NCBI GenBank assembly: GCA_021613535.1
Contig: CP075494.1
Coordinates: 5,332,001-5,396,000, forward strand
Origin: Adineta vaga
Taxonomy: Eukaryota > Animalia > Rotifera
Length of the DNA: 64,000 nt
Reading direction: 5' to 3'
Positions 1 to 12,600 of this stretch are shown here, piece by piece (positions within the stretch are counted from its first letter, which is position 1; the number at the start of each line of letters is the position of its first letter). The notes beneath the pieces are model-generated. The model was not told the origin of the DNA and ran no database searches. It worked only from the letters and a program-made list of their open reading frames with translations. The position numbers and the translations under genes are program-made.

Positions 1-970
1 TATGAAACAGTGACCAGAAGAATGTTCCACAAATAATAGACATATAAGCTAGACGACGAGTACTTCGTTGTCTTATCAATGCACTTGGTGATGTTATAAG
101 AATTCGATCAATAGAAGCTAAAATTAGATAGAACGGACTTAAAACATTAAATAGAGTGGTGGTATAATGCCGTAAGCGGCAAAGAACTACACTGTAACTA
201 CTAGGATCAATGTTATATCCTGAGCCCATTGTTAAAGATAATAAAGAAGAGAAGATGTAAGCAAAGTTCGCAATATTGTATGCAATAAAATAAATTGAAC
301 ATGGATTTTTTCTTAAATTTTGTTGAGTAAATACAAATAGATTAAGAAGACAACCAATGACTCCTGTTAATATCATAATTGGACCAAAATATTGATATAA
401 ATAATTTTGAACTAAACGCATTGTAATGACTGTATCAGATACTGAAGACATAATTAAATTGCTGGTTTGTTCACACGAATGAAGAAGTTTTTCTCAAAGG
501 ATTGTAGAGAAAAAAATATAGGATGTCGTATTATATACTTTGTCATTTCCAAAGATCTAGCCACTAGACTGATTCAGACAAGCTTTGGCTTTGATGAAAA
601 TTTCATCAGGATATATAATTTAGAATAAGCTTCATTACTTCGTAGTCGCATAAAATCTATTGAAAAGAATTTAATCAGCAAAAACAAAACAAATTGAAGT
701 GGGAAAGATAAGATCTTATCTGTTATTTTTCCTGATGAGAGTAAAAAAACAAGTGATTATATAATTGTTGTATCAGTCATCGGGAGAATGTACTCAGATG
801 TATGAACAAGAGATAATAAGATACTCAATTGAATTGCTACAGGAAATAAAAGGAAAAGAAAACTGCAAATAATACAAGAAATTAGTCAGATTAATGCTTG
901 AAATCATACGACATTGTTTTTCTATAGAAAAATGATTCAAGAAAACAAGTTTGGTCTGTAAATTCTCCTC

Positions 971-990
971 ATATATATATATATATATAT
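971..990. repeat. (AT)n microsatellite
   Basis: About 10 AT units seen directly. Similar tracts at ~21856-21880 and ~30214-30233. Confidence 0.9.
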
Positions 991-1038
991 TTATGTACTT
1001 ATAAATAGAAACAACAAAAACACAATATCAAATTACTC

Positions 1039-1971
1039 CTATTGAAATATGTTTTGAAAATGACGTCGTGTCTGGTTGATAATATTCATGATCTCTTGTC
1101 GATACAATTTTCCACTCAGTGTATATATATAAAACGATGTACAATATGATAAAAAGAACGGAAGCATAGAAATACGAAGAAGAGTTACCATTAACAATGT
1201 TGGATTCGGGACGAAATTAATAATTGTCATCATAACACAAAGTACTGTAGCGCAAAGAACATAGGCGAATACTTGAAAAATCAACATACGCAAAAGTTCA
1301 TTGTCTGAACGACGATATAGTCTTCGATTATTTCGTCCATGTGATTGATTATTGCTATTGATAGGTTGAATAAGTCGTCTTTGAATTCGTATATTCCACA
1401 GAGTCAATAATCCAAATATAACCATCAATATGGGTGGGGCCATTGCATAGAAGATCAATTGAAAAATAGACCAATTTGCATTAAATGTTTGACTAGTACT
1501 AATACATTGAGGAGGATCGGAATCAATTAGATCATAGACAATAAGTAGGGGTATAAAAATTGCCAGAAATATACCCAACATCGTAATGATGATTTTTCGA
1601 GCTATATGAACTTGAGTCAATGAGCGAAGCACAACTGATGAAGATGAACAACAAAACCGATCGAAACTAGCTAATACTAATAGATACGGTGATATATTGT
1701 ATATTAAATAGGATAGGTAACAATTGAGTTTACAAATAATAGACGAATATGAGGAAATTGTTACTCCATAACCATCTGATATTAACGAGATAATAAATAG
1801 AAAACACACGACCAGTAGATTATTTATTGAACCAGCAAGAAAATATTGTGTACATGAATTACGACGAAGTGTTTTACGAGTAAAGATTAATATATTCATA
1901 GTATTACCAAATATTCCAATAATTATCTCCAATGGTAGTATAATACGTAGTAAATGAGTATAAATATCCAT
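1039..1971 (-). CDS. Intronless class A (rhodopsin-like) orphan GPCR
   Basis: Seven hydrophobic segments, TM1 'GIFGN', TM3 'SFDRF' (DRY-like), TM7 'SFYIYTLSGKLYR'. First ATG at 1971. Confidence 0.9.
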   Translation of the reverse strand: MDIYTHLLRIILPLEIIIGIFGNTMNILIFTRKTLRRNSCTQYFLAGSINNLLVVCFLFIISLISDGYGVTISSYSSIICKLNCYLSYLIYNISPYLLVLASFDRFCCSSSSVVLRSLTQVHIARKIIITMLGIFLAIFIPLLIVYDLIDSDPPQCISTSQTFNANWSIFQLIFYAMAPPILMVIFGLLTLWNIRIQRRLIQPINSNNQSHGRNNRRLYRRSDNELLRMLIFQVFAYVLCATVLCVMMTIINFVPNPTLLMVTLLRISMLPFFLSYCTSFYIYTLSGKLYRQEIMNIINQTRRHFQNIFQ

Positions 1972-2731
1972 CGCAAATTTCAAACGAAAAATATAAACGA
2001 TCGATTCTTACAAATTTTGTCAGCAGTCAATGTATATGACTTTCTCTCAAACAAATGTAAAATCTTACAGAGAAAGAAAACTGTTTCTATACAATCGCTT
2101 ATATAGGATTGTGTATTATAGAATTCAGCACAACTTATAACAAGGATATGCTCATTAGAAAGTTTTCTATAGACAGCAACCTACGATTTCGTATACCCTC
2201 AACAACTATACATACAGACCGATCTTCCGAAATCAGCAGAGGCTTAATCAAATGTCGGAAGCAGGAACTATTCATCAAAGAACAGTGAGATCTTAACATG
2301 TATAGCACACCGTGACACTCTGAAATTAATTGGATAGTCGATAGAGAGATGAGAAGAGATCGGATGTTTTGCGAGTTTCAGTGTACTGGATGTCCTGGTA
2401 TTTACATCATCGAATGTACTATTGAGGTAATTCAAGAAGATAGGAGTGTGATGTATAGAGACAAACAAAAGTAAGAAAATTTATCAATATATATCTATCG
2501 ATTTGTCCTCATCATACACTTGATATAACATTGCTGCTAGAATAAAATGTATTTATAAGGAGAAATTTGAAAACAATTTTTTTTAGTGCAACCTCTATGA
2601 AAAGTGAGAGAAGACCCAAAAATTTCTCGACTTAAAACTGATAGTCACTTATTTTTCTTCGAAAAATATATATGAATCCCACAAAAACGTGAAACAATGT
2701 TAATCTAGATTGTCGTTGATACTTCTTCTTT

Positions 2732-4828
2732 CTAATATAATACTCGATAATTCTGATCCCATTGTATTGCTTGATTAATTCCAAAAAATTCATATAGTTC
2801 AAATACTGTATCAATGATAATCACATTTGGAAATTCCCCTGCCGATCGCATGTCTTCATGTTTATTTGAAATAATCAATACAGGTGCATGTGGTACTTCA
2901 GCACGAATTGTTCGAATTACATCAACAGCTGATTGATAGTCATTAAGAGATCCTTCAGTAATAACTCTGAATCGAACATCTTTACGTTGAATATTTTTAC
3001 GAATCTCTGGTGTTTGCATCCAATCTTGAGCTTCTTTTATAGTATTAACCACATGCAGTATGTGCCTTGGTCCATGCGATTGATGTATAATATCATTCGT
3101 TACAAATGAGTGATTGGCAAATTTAGGTAAAATAGGAATGCTGTTGATAAGTTTCTCTGTATGCTTATTCATTATGTCACCGACGATCCATAAGATGAAG
3201 TATCGATGGTGGTGATGATGATGATAATAGTGATAGTAATCGTTTTCTCTTTGAGAAGATATGACTTCGCGAAGTCGTGGTACTGGTAGATATTGATCTT
3301 GTCTGAATGGAAAGATATCTTCTACAAAAACTTCTACATCTTCGATTTCTTCTGTTGGCCATGGATTAGCGAGCGAAAGTTGAGCAACAACACGACAAGG
3401 AATTCGATTAAATATTTCTTCTAATTCTTGGTCACTTACTGGTCTTGATCGATGAGGCCAATGAGGAAGTTGCTGTAAACTTTGTCGTGTCTCTTTTAGT
3501 CTTTTCTTCAATTCTCTTGTATGGTAAACATGATAATGACCTACATGATCATAAGTATAAGCTTCTCCAGTACATTGATCAATAGGATTCAGAAGTATAC
3601 GCAATGAACGACCTTGTTGTTCACATGCACGAAGTCGAGTCATAAAACCTTCATAATCGAAAAGATCAAGAAAATGTGGTGGCATATCGATGGTACATGC
3701 ACAAAGAATATTTCGAGCCAATGCAATAGCTGATTTAATGCCTGTATTCATACCACGGCCACTCCAAAAATGTACACCCATTGCAGCATCACCAACAAGA
3801 CATACTAACATTGTTTTAAATTTTTTCTTATTCGATTTGCCAGATTGTGAGGGTGTGAATGAAAGTATTGATTCTTGTTTTTCCTTAATTTCAAAACGAA
3901 ATTCTCGAACTACACTAGATGTATGTTGAACATTGACTTCTATGGGTACGATGCGATGAACAAATTTTGAACGAATATTAAAAAAATCAAGACCTTGCCG
4001 AATAATTGACCAAACAGATATATGTGAACATTCTTTATAATACTCTAAATTGATAGGTACATTACGTTTTTCACTTCTTTGTAGGCATTCACGTAATTCT
4101 TCATATTCATCCTTGGTCAAACGAGCATTAAGATATCCACGACGACCAGCTGATGAATTGACTAAATAACGAGACTGTGAAGTAGTTAATATACAGTTCA
4201 ATGCTTGATGCAACGGTTCATCCGATGGCGATACATTAGCTGGTATATTGTATGCGACACCACAAGCATATTCTATACCTTCACTCCTAACTTGTATGTT
4301 ACAATAACGACGAACAAATGATTTTGATCCATCTGCACCAACCAGAATATCAAAATTACCTACAAACAAATTAAATTGTTTATTTATGATACAACATATC
4401 TATCTACCCTGAGTTAAACGTTCTGATAATTCATTCAATTGTTCCGGAATCAATTCAATTTGACCACTTCGAACAAATGGCTGAATTAAATCTAAAAGTC
4501 GATCTTCAACTTCTTGAATTGGAATATTTCTCGACGTTGGCCACACACGTTCATTAATATTTACGAAAAGACCTTTTTGAATATAGACCGGCAACTGTTG
4601 TATAACATGATCTTGTAATGTTACTACTTGATCACGACGAATATTGCCTTGTTCTTCAGTTCGCCAACGCATGCTGCCATCTTTGCCCATAATCCATCGA
4701 CCTTCATAAACAATGATTTTCACATGTTTTTTACACATTATCATCGCAAGGTTGATTGCAAATGTCAAACCAATTGGTCCACCGCCAGAAACAATAACAG
4801 TAATAGATGATGGCAATGTGTTCGCCAT
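2732..4828 (-). CDS. FAD-dependent monooxygenase-like protein with C-terminal receiver-like alpha/beta domain; 2 exons (4828-4408, 4359-2732)
   Basis: Flavoprotein hydroxylase fingerprints: 'VIVSGGGPIG' (GxGxxG), 'DILVGADG' (DG) and 'LVGDAA...HFWSGRGMN' (GD). A 48-nt GT..AG intron (4407-4360) joins the two ORFs in frame. Confidence 0.8.
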
Positions 4829-5487
4829 TGAATGAACTTCTTTGCCTAATCGTATATCGATGAACTTGTGATGACTGATTCTGAACAAACTAAGAAATCT
4901 AAGAGCAAAAGAAAATATCTTTAATACATCCAGTTTAAATGTAATGCTTCCAAAATGATATACTTTCGTGGACAAGAAAAAAAAACACAAAATATAAGAT
5001 GGTACAGAAATAAATTATGATGATAGATGGAAAAAAACATATGTAAAATTAGATGTGTAACAGTTATATGTAGCTCAAGTCAGGGAAAAAAGGTAAAGAG
5101 AAAGAGAAAGAGAAAAATAGCAATTCACTGGTAAAAAAAACAAATGTAAATAGTGGTGATTAAGTAAAAATGCGATGTTATTTCATCGAATTTAAACAAC
5201 AATATTCACCAGAAGATAACTTTTAAGGTCGTGAGTGATAGTAACTATAGAATTCGATAATGATGGACATCTACAACTTGAATAGAAATATGATCAGTTC
5301 ATACTTTTTACAAATTACGCGAGGAATTTTAGATATGATACGACTAGACTCTTGCGCTGGCTTAGATATATCATTCTTTTGTTTTCTTTTACTATACACA
5401 TGATTACATGCGAAGCTCTTCGGTCACTTTTCCAATGGAATTTATTACGGTTTTCATATAGATAAAATATTGTTCTAATCGTGAGTA

Positions 5488-5610
5488 ACCAGGCCGGTCG
5501 TTCCGGCCTTCGGAATCGACCGGAACCATCGGGAAAATCCCGATTTTCCGGCACGATCCAACAAGTTCCATAGTTTTCCTACCGGTTCTGTGTGGAACCT
5601 GCCATATACC
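5488..5610. repeat. GC-rich palindromic segment, probable terminus or fragment of a non-autonomous element
   Basis: Local GC far above background. Perfect stems aggccgg/ccggcct (5491-5509) and atcggga/tcccgat (5528-5544). Confidence 0.5.
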
Positions 5611-5926
5611 AACGACAGGATAGCTAGTCCATTTACGAATGCATTATCGTGTAACACGATGGCTATTTGGAAGTACTTATCATCCATATGCAATGAGTAT
5701 CGATGGAGAATTACATCCAATATCTTCTTTCATTATTGATAACAATCAAGTTTTTCGATTATCATTTATTTCTTATCCATTTTTATCCATTATACTATCT
5801 TCTATTGTAATTATTAGCATAACGAAACAAAAGATTTTCTAAATAATAAGTTTTAATATATAAAAATAGTTTGTTCGAAAAACTAATGTGGAAACTACAT
5901 ATGTTTACTTGATGTGAATTGGATTC

Positions 5927-6202
5927 TTAATTATTTCCATTGACAAATGAATATAACTGTTCGAAATATTTATGACCGTTAGGATGATCAAAACTTAACA
6001 TTTGTTCTTTTTCATCTACCTTGATACGATAATGTTGTGGACTTGAACTGTAATTGTGAAGAACTATTGTATTAAAAGCAGATAGATTGGGATCACAATT
6101 GATATTCAATGGACCAATAGAAAGATTTAGATAAACATGATAAGTATCGAAAACTACATGAGGATTGTCATATTTTGTATCAACAAGGAAGAATAGACGC
6201 AT
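5927..6202 (-). CDS. Possible small orphan ORF or terminal exon (91 aa)
   Basis: ATG-started ORF with protein-like composition, divergent from the VPS13 gene. No recognisable motif. Confidence 0.25.
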   Translation of the reverse strand: MRLFFLVDTKYDNPHVVFDTYHVYLNLSIGPLNINCDPNLSAFNTIVLHNYSSSPQHYRIKVDEKEQMLSFDHPNGHKYFEQLYSFVNGNN

Positions 6203-6654
6203 ACATATCTTACAAGGATTTTTAAAGTCTTATCTTTTTTGTTTTTCTTTAGTAAAACTTTCTCATGTCAACAAATATTATATATTTGAGTCATTATGAC
6301 GTATTTACCACAAACGATAGTAGTCGATGGAAAATTCTATCGAAATAAGATAACAGTAGATGTAAATATTTTCGATAATTTTCCCTTCTCCTTGTATGGG
6401 ACTTCATATTTATTTGAGAATATAATTTTATGAAAGTATCATACTGAATAGAGTGTAGACTATGACAACAGTGAAAAGAGTGTTATAAAGAAAAAGAAAG
6501 AAAAAGCGTAGACATGTGCTATTTATTCTTCGCAATGCGAAGGAAAAGAACAGAATGTTTTCTTTTTTGCTGCCAACTTCTAACATGCGTGTTAAAAGGA
6601 AAAAAAATATAATAAATCAAGTTGATCTTACTTTGAAGTTTTAGATTCATTTCA

Positions 6655-9600
6655 ATGTTTGAAACTATTATAGCATCATTTATCAAACGTTATCTCATTC
6701 GTTATATAGATATCAATGTTGATCAATTATCTGCTCAAATTTTATCAAAACAACAGATTACTATTGATAATCTTATATTCAACATAACAACAATCAATGC
6801 AGATATTCGAAAGAAATTCTCTTTACCATTAAGAATTGAATCGATCGATCTTGGACAAATACAATGTTCATTCGTATGGAGTTCATTATTTTTTCGTTCA
6901 ACATCTGCAGCATTTATTATAAAAGTTCAACATGTTCATATTGTTTGTAAAAATCATGATGAACAAACATCAACGGAAACGAATGAAGAAATCGATGAAA
7001 AATACAAACGTAATCAACTCGATTTAGCTGAACAACAATTCGAAAAAGAATGGGAATGTTTTGGTGAAGTTAAACGATCAAGATGGAATGTTCAACGATT
7101 ATTGATGTCTTTTTTTGAAAAACTACAAATTGAAGTTTATGATGTACATATTAGTTATAGAAGTTTGTCAGATCAATCGATTGGATTTACTTGTCAACAG
7201 ATTCAAATTCTCAATAAACCATGTGCTGAAATGATGAGTCGACAAGTAATTCGAATCGATAATCCAGGATTGTATATTACTACAAATATGGTTTCCAAAC
7301 AATCGTATATATTATCTCTTGAAAATTCTATGGAAATCTCACTTACACATAATCATTTTCTTGAGGGTCAACAAGAATATCGTTATGAATTCGAATGCTT
7401 ATTAACTGATTTAAATATTAAATGTAATGTTGAACAGATTCGTATTCTTGCTGACTTGATTCGTTGTATTCAACATTCGAATTTATATCGACGATTTACT
7501 TTTGATACTTGTAGACCTCAAGCAAAAATTTCAAAACAATCAGTAAGAGTATGGTGGCGTTATGCTATTTTATCCGTTCTTCGGCTACAAGCGGAGGTGA
7601 AAGATTCTACAACATGTTTTTGGTTTAATCGTTCGTTATTCATTCATCGTCTACATCGATTAAATGCATATGCACGTTTATATCGTGTATATCTTTTGCG
7701 AACTTCAAATTCTACGAATGAAGATAAATCGATGATAAATGAAATTGAAAAAGAATTTGATTTAGAACATTTATTAATTATCAGACGATCGATTTTTCAA
7801 TGTCGAATTAATGAACAAATAAGTCAAAAACGAGAAGAAATAACGCCATGGTATTTTAATTATGCACAATGGTTGACCTCAAAAATGATTGATTTGTGGG
7901 GACAAACAACAATAAATAGTGACGAACCATTGGATGAAAATGATATCAAAATTCAAGATCAAGTGAATACATTTATTGCAGATTCATTAGAAGATGAAGA
8001 TTTATTGGAAAGTTGTCATCAGGCACAAATCTTTCGATTTAATTTTGTAATCAAATCAATACAAATTGATCTTTTATCATCTAGTCATGTTCAAATTTTT
8101 AATATCGATCTGAAAAACTTCTCTTTAATGGCAGAAATTCGATTACGTCATCGTTCTCTAATGTTTTCTATTCGTTTAGACGATTTCATCATGCGTGATC
8201 TAGCAGAAACAAATGGATTTACGACAATTCTTTCTTCGAATAGAGAATCAGAACAAGTACCAATGTTGGAATTTATCTTTGAAAGAAGAGGAAGAATAAG
8301 AAATTCAGTTCGTATTCATAGTTGTGGCCTGTCTATTACTTGTTGTCCAGCCTCTATTGAACGATTATATCAGTTTTGTGTTTCGACTCTTGGTGAATCT
8401 TCGATGTCAATGTCGTTCTCTTTAACGAATTGGAAGCGAATCAAACATTACATAGTTAGAAATTATCGATCAATACTTGAAGAAATTATGTCGGTCTCAA
8501 AAGTGCGAAATATTCGACGCCGAAATCCCTATTTATTAAAGAAGAATTTTCAAATATATGTAAATATTGCTGCTTTTAAGATAACTGTTGCTTTACAATC
8601 GCAAGAAGCATTAGTTTTCGTTTTAAGTTGTTTGACACTTTCGAATGATACACGAAATGAAGTGAATGAGGATGAATTTTTAACGCCGATAAGTTCTCCT
8701 CCTGCAAATGACGATACATTTGACGTAGAATCTACATATTATTCAATGAATCTAATCACAATCGATCAAACAAGTGAGACAGTTGTTCCTTTAACGTTTA
8801 CGTTTTCTATTCGTAATATACAAATTGGAAACTTAACTGATATCATACAGATCATTGAGATATCCGATGTTTGTTTTCTTATTCATCATCAATACGATTA
8901 CTTATGGCCATTCGTGAATATTTCGGGTGTATTTCCAAAGACTAACCTTTGTTTAGATGTTCAACAAATCCGAAGTCTATACAATGGTCTTACTCCGTGG
9001 ATAACATTTATTAAGCATCTCATTAATCAACAGTCCTATCAATGTGATATTTGGCCAGAATTTAGCTTTTGTTTTGAAGAAACACGCGTGATTTTGAATG
9101 ATAATTTCAAAGCTCTATGTGATCTTCGCGTGTATAATGTTGCCTTAGCGTTCGTCCGGAATAGCATGACTTGTAATCTAGATAGCTTGACTATTTTTGA
9201 TTGTATACAAAAAACTGCAAAGAATGACGAGATTCTATTGAAAATCGAACAAGCTCCAAACAAAAAAGATGGTTTTATTCGAATAAATATGGGTTTTGAA
9301 GCAAAATCTACACTGTCGGATATTGATATGATCATTGATGTGAATACAAATAAGCTGGATTTTGTTCTTAATCCTCAAACAATTTGTATATTACTAAATT
9401 ATTTCTCAACTATGAATCTGTTTACTTTCAATTGTATTCCAATTGAAAACAATACTCTTGTTAAAAGTCTGAAAAAATGTGAACTCAATATTAAATGTAC
9501 ACAAATGAATCTCATCATTGTTAATCCTCTCTCAACAGTAACATGGCCAACTGAAGTTCAATTACAGAATGTTACACTAAACACCATATTATATCCAAAT

Positions 9601-12600
9601 TCAACCTGTGAAATGATGATTAGCAACATTAAAATTTTAAATCGTTTTGATAACTCACTGGTTGTTCATATAAATATTATTTCCGATCAAAGTGAGATAC
9701 CAGCAGTACATGTTTTGATAAGAAATGAAAAGGACAAAGACTTCAATTTGATCATCAAAGTCTGTTCCTTTTCTTATGTTCATTCAAATCATCTACTCAA
9801 CACCATCCAAGAAACATATCGTTATATCAATCAAGCTTGTCACTTTATTGGAAAGCAAACATTTCAAACTAGTGCCTTATCATTACTAAGATGGACTTTA
9901 TGTATCGATGTGAATACATCAACGATTCTTTTATCGAATGACATCGGTCTACAACTTGGTCACATTCGTATTCAAACTAATCATGAACGTTTATTAGATT
10001 TTGACATTAGTATCAATCAACTAGATCTAATACGAAAGAATTTTATATTAGAAAAAAATGTGAAGCACATAGATTCATTGCGATTTTTGGAAAATATGTC
10101 CTTGTGTATCAATCTTGAAGTATCGGATTCATCGATCACGATTAATGTTCAACTAACTAATCTATCTCGTATTTATCTTAGTCAAATCGGAATTCAACTC
10201 TTATCTCAAATTTTACAAACAATATCTACGAATAATCTAACGTCTTCGTCTAAATTTCTTTTCCATCTACAATCAACGCAAATAGTCATTATTTTCCAAA
10301 CGAATCGTCAGAATGAACTAATTACAATATGTGAAGCTCTATTAAATCAATGCCAAATGATATATGAACTCAATGATGTTTTTAAAAAGAACGTTCTTCT
10401 TCGTTTTGATTCAATATCAATTAACAATCGTTTAACTGATCTCGATGAATCTCTCATTGCTTTAACATCACCCACATCAATTCAACTGAACAGTTCACAA
10501 ATGAATGATGAATATGAACAACTAGATATGCGACTCGGCAAGATTAATGTCAGATTTGTTAAATCAACCTGGAAGTTATTATTAGAAATGATGCAAGTAT
10601 TCAATTGCAAAAGTAATCCATCGTTATCTTCATGTTCAAATATTGAAGAAAAGAAAAATGATTACATTTTATTCAATGGTGAACTATCTAGAATCTCAAT
10701 GCATGCTGAATCAATCTCCTGTCTATTTCAAGACAATGAAATCCTACTTATGAATATTGATCTTCAAGGTTTTACTTTTCAAATTCGAACCTATCTAAAA
10801 CAATCCGTCGTAGTTTGGTCTCTCCATAGTCAACTTGATTTCATTTCTATACGAGATTTGACGATTGTCGATCAACTGTACAGTGAACGATTGTGTACTG
10901 ATATTACTACTAAAAAAGTAATTGAGTTGATAATTACGACCGATGATATTGTTCAACTCGATCTGAAATTGACTGCAATTCGATATATCCATACACAAAA
11001 TTTCCTTCTGAAACTTCTCGAATATTTTTATCGTTTTCAACAAAACGAAGATTTCTACAAACGAATTATTCTCAATATCACTCGACAATCGACTGAAATA
11101 CTTTGGAATGTTGCAATGGGAAATCTTACACTCGTATTACCCGAGGATATACGAAAACCACCGGTACTAATTCTGCAACTAGACAGTATCTATTTCAACA
11201 ATCAATCTAAAAAAATGAATAACATACCTTCGCAATTGTATATTACCATAATAGAAATAAAAAATATTACTCTTCATTCCAGCGGTTCAGCTACCTCCAC
11301 ACCTATTCGCTTATCGAATAATTTCTCATCTTTAGTTCGTAAACCGTTCAATATTAACATGACAATTGAACATAATCCAACAGTAGCAACTTACACCATC
11401 AAAATGAACCTTTCATCGATCGATTTTCTCTTGGATTCAAATCATTATTATCTTCTTCAAAACATATTTTATTCTAATTTTGACGAACAATCTATTGTGA
11501 AACTAAGCAATTTATTTTATTCTATTTTTGTATCGAAGAATGAAGTATCAACATCCAACCTTATCCTTAAAATGAAAATTGATCATGTCGGATTAGAAAT
11601 ATTTCTTCTCAAAAGTGGTCTATTAACATTTGAACAACGCCATTCATTGGGTTATACAGAATTAATCAATTTTCATCTATCTTTTGATCAATACTCAAAT
11701 GGACATCAAATTTTACATCTTCATTGTTCGACAATCAAACTTATTGACACACGAGTTCGAAATGAAGATATGATTATGCCATTATTCACACTGTCAAATC
11801 CTCATCAATTAGAAATTCATCTAAATAGAACTAAACATACGAATCAATGTACAATAACCTTGAATTGTATTCGTATTGTATTTGTTATTGATTGGTTTAT
11901 CGAACTCAATAATTTTCTTCATATATTCTGTCAACAACCAATGATCATCACTAATGATATTCCATTTTCATTTTCTGAAGTCCAACTAAATTTAAATCAA
12001 TTTGAATTAATACTTGTTTCAACATTACGTGATCCCTATGCTACTGCTTTGATCTATTCTAGTACAATGATCTTTAATTATGCATCAATCCATCGATCTA
12101 CCGAATGCTTCATAACAGATTTAACAATGCTCACCTGTCAAATTGGAAATATCAATGAAACAAGTATTTCAATCATTGAACCAACAGATTGTTCATTGTT
12201 TATTCATTCATCAAATGAAATATTCGATGAATACATCTGTGAGCTTAATATTCCTATTCTAAACATACGTATATCCTATTCCGATGTTCAAATGTTATAT
12301 TCTCTTTTCCATACTATTTCTCAACAAATATCTCAAGTACAAACACGAAAACCTTTACTTACTACAATCTCTACACTATTTACATCACCAATTCGAGACT
12401 GTCCTACATCTACCTACGATTTATTAAATATTAAATTCGTCAAATTTATTTGTACAGAAATATGTTTATGTCTTATTGATGATTGTTTCGGTATTAATAT
12501 TCCTTTATTAAATATTCATTTGAAACCATTTCAATTTCAAACAATTGAACATACTCTTCATAATCGTATTGAACATTGTGAATTTGAATTGACCATATCG

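Noticed and set aside
1-900. Possible degraded coding sequence
   Set aside because: Short open stretches with no motif I can assign.
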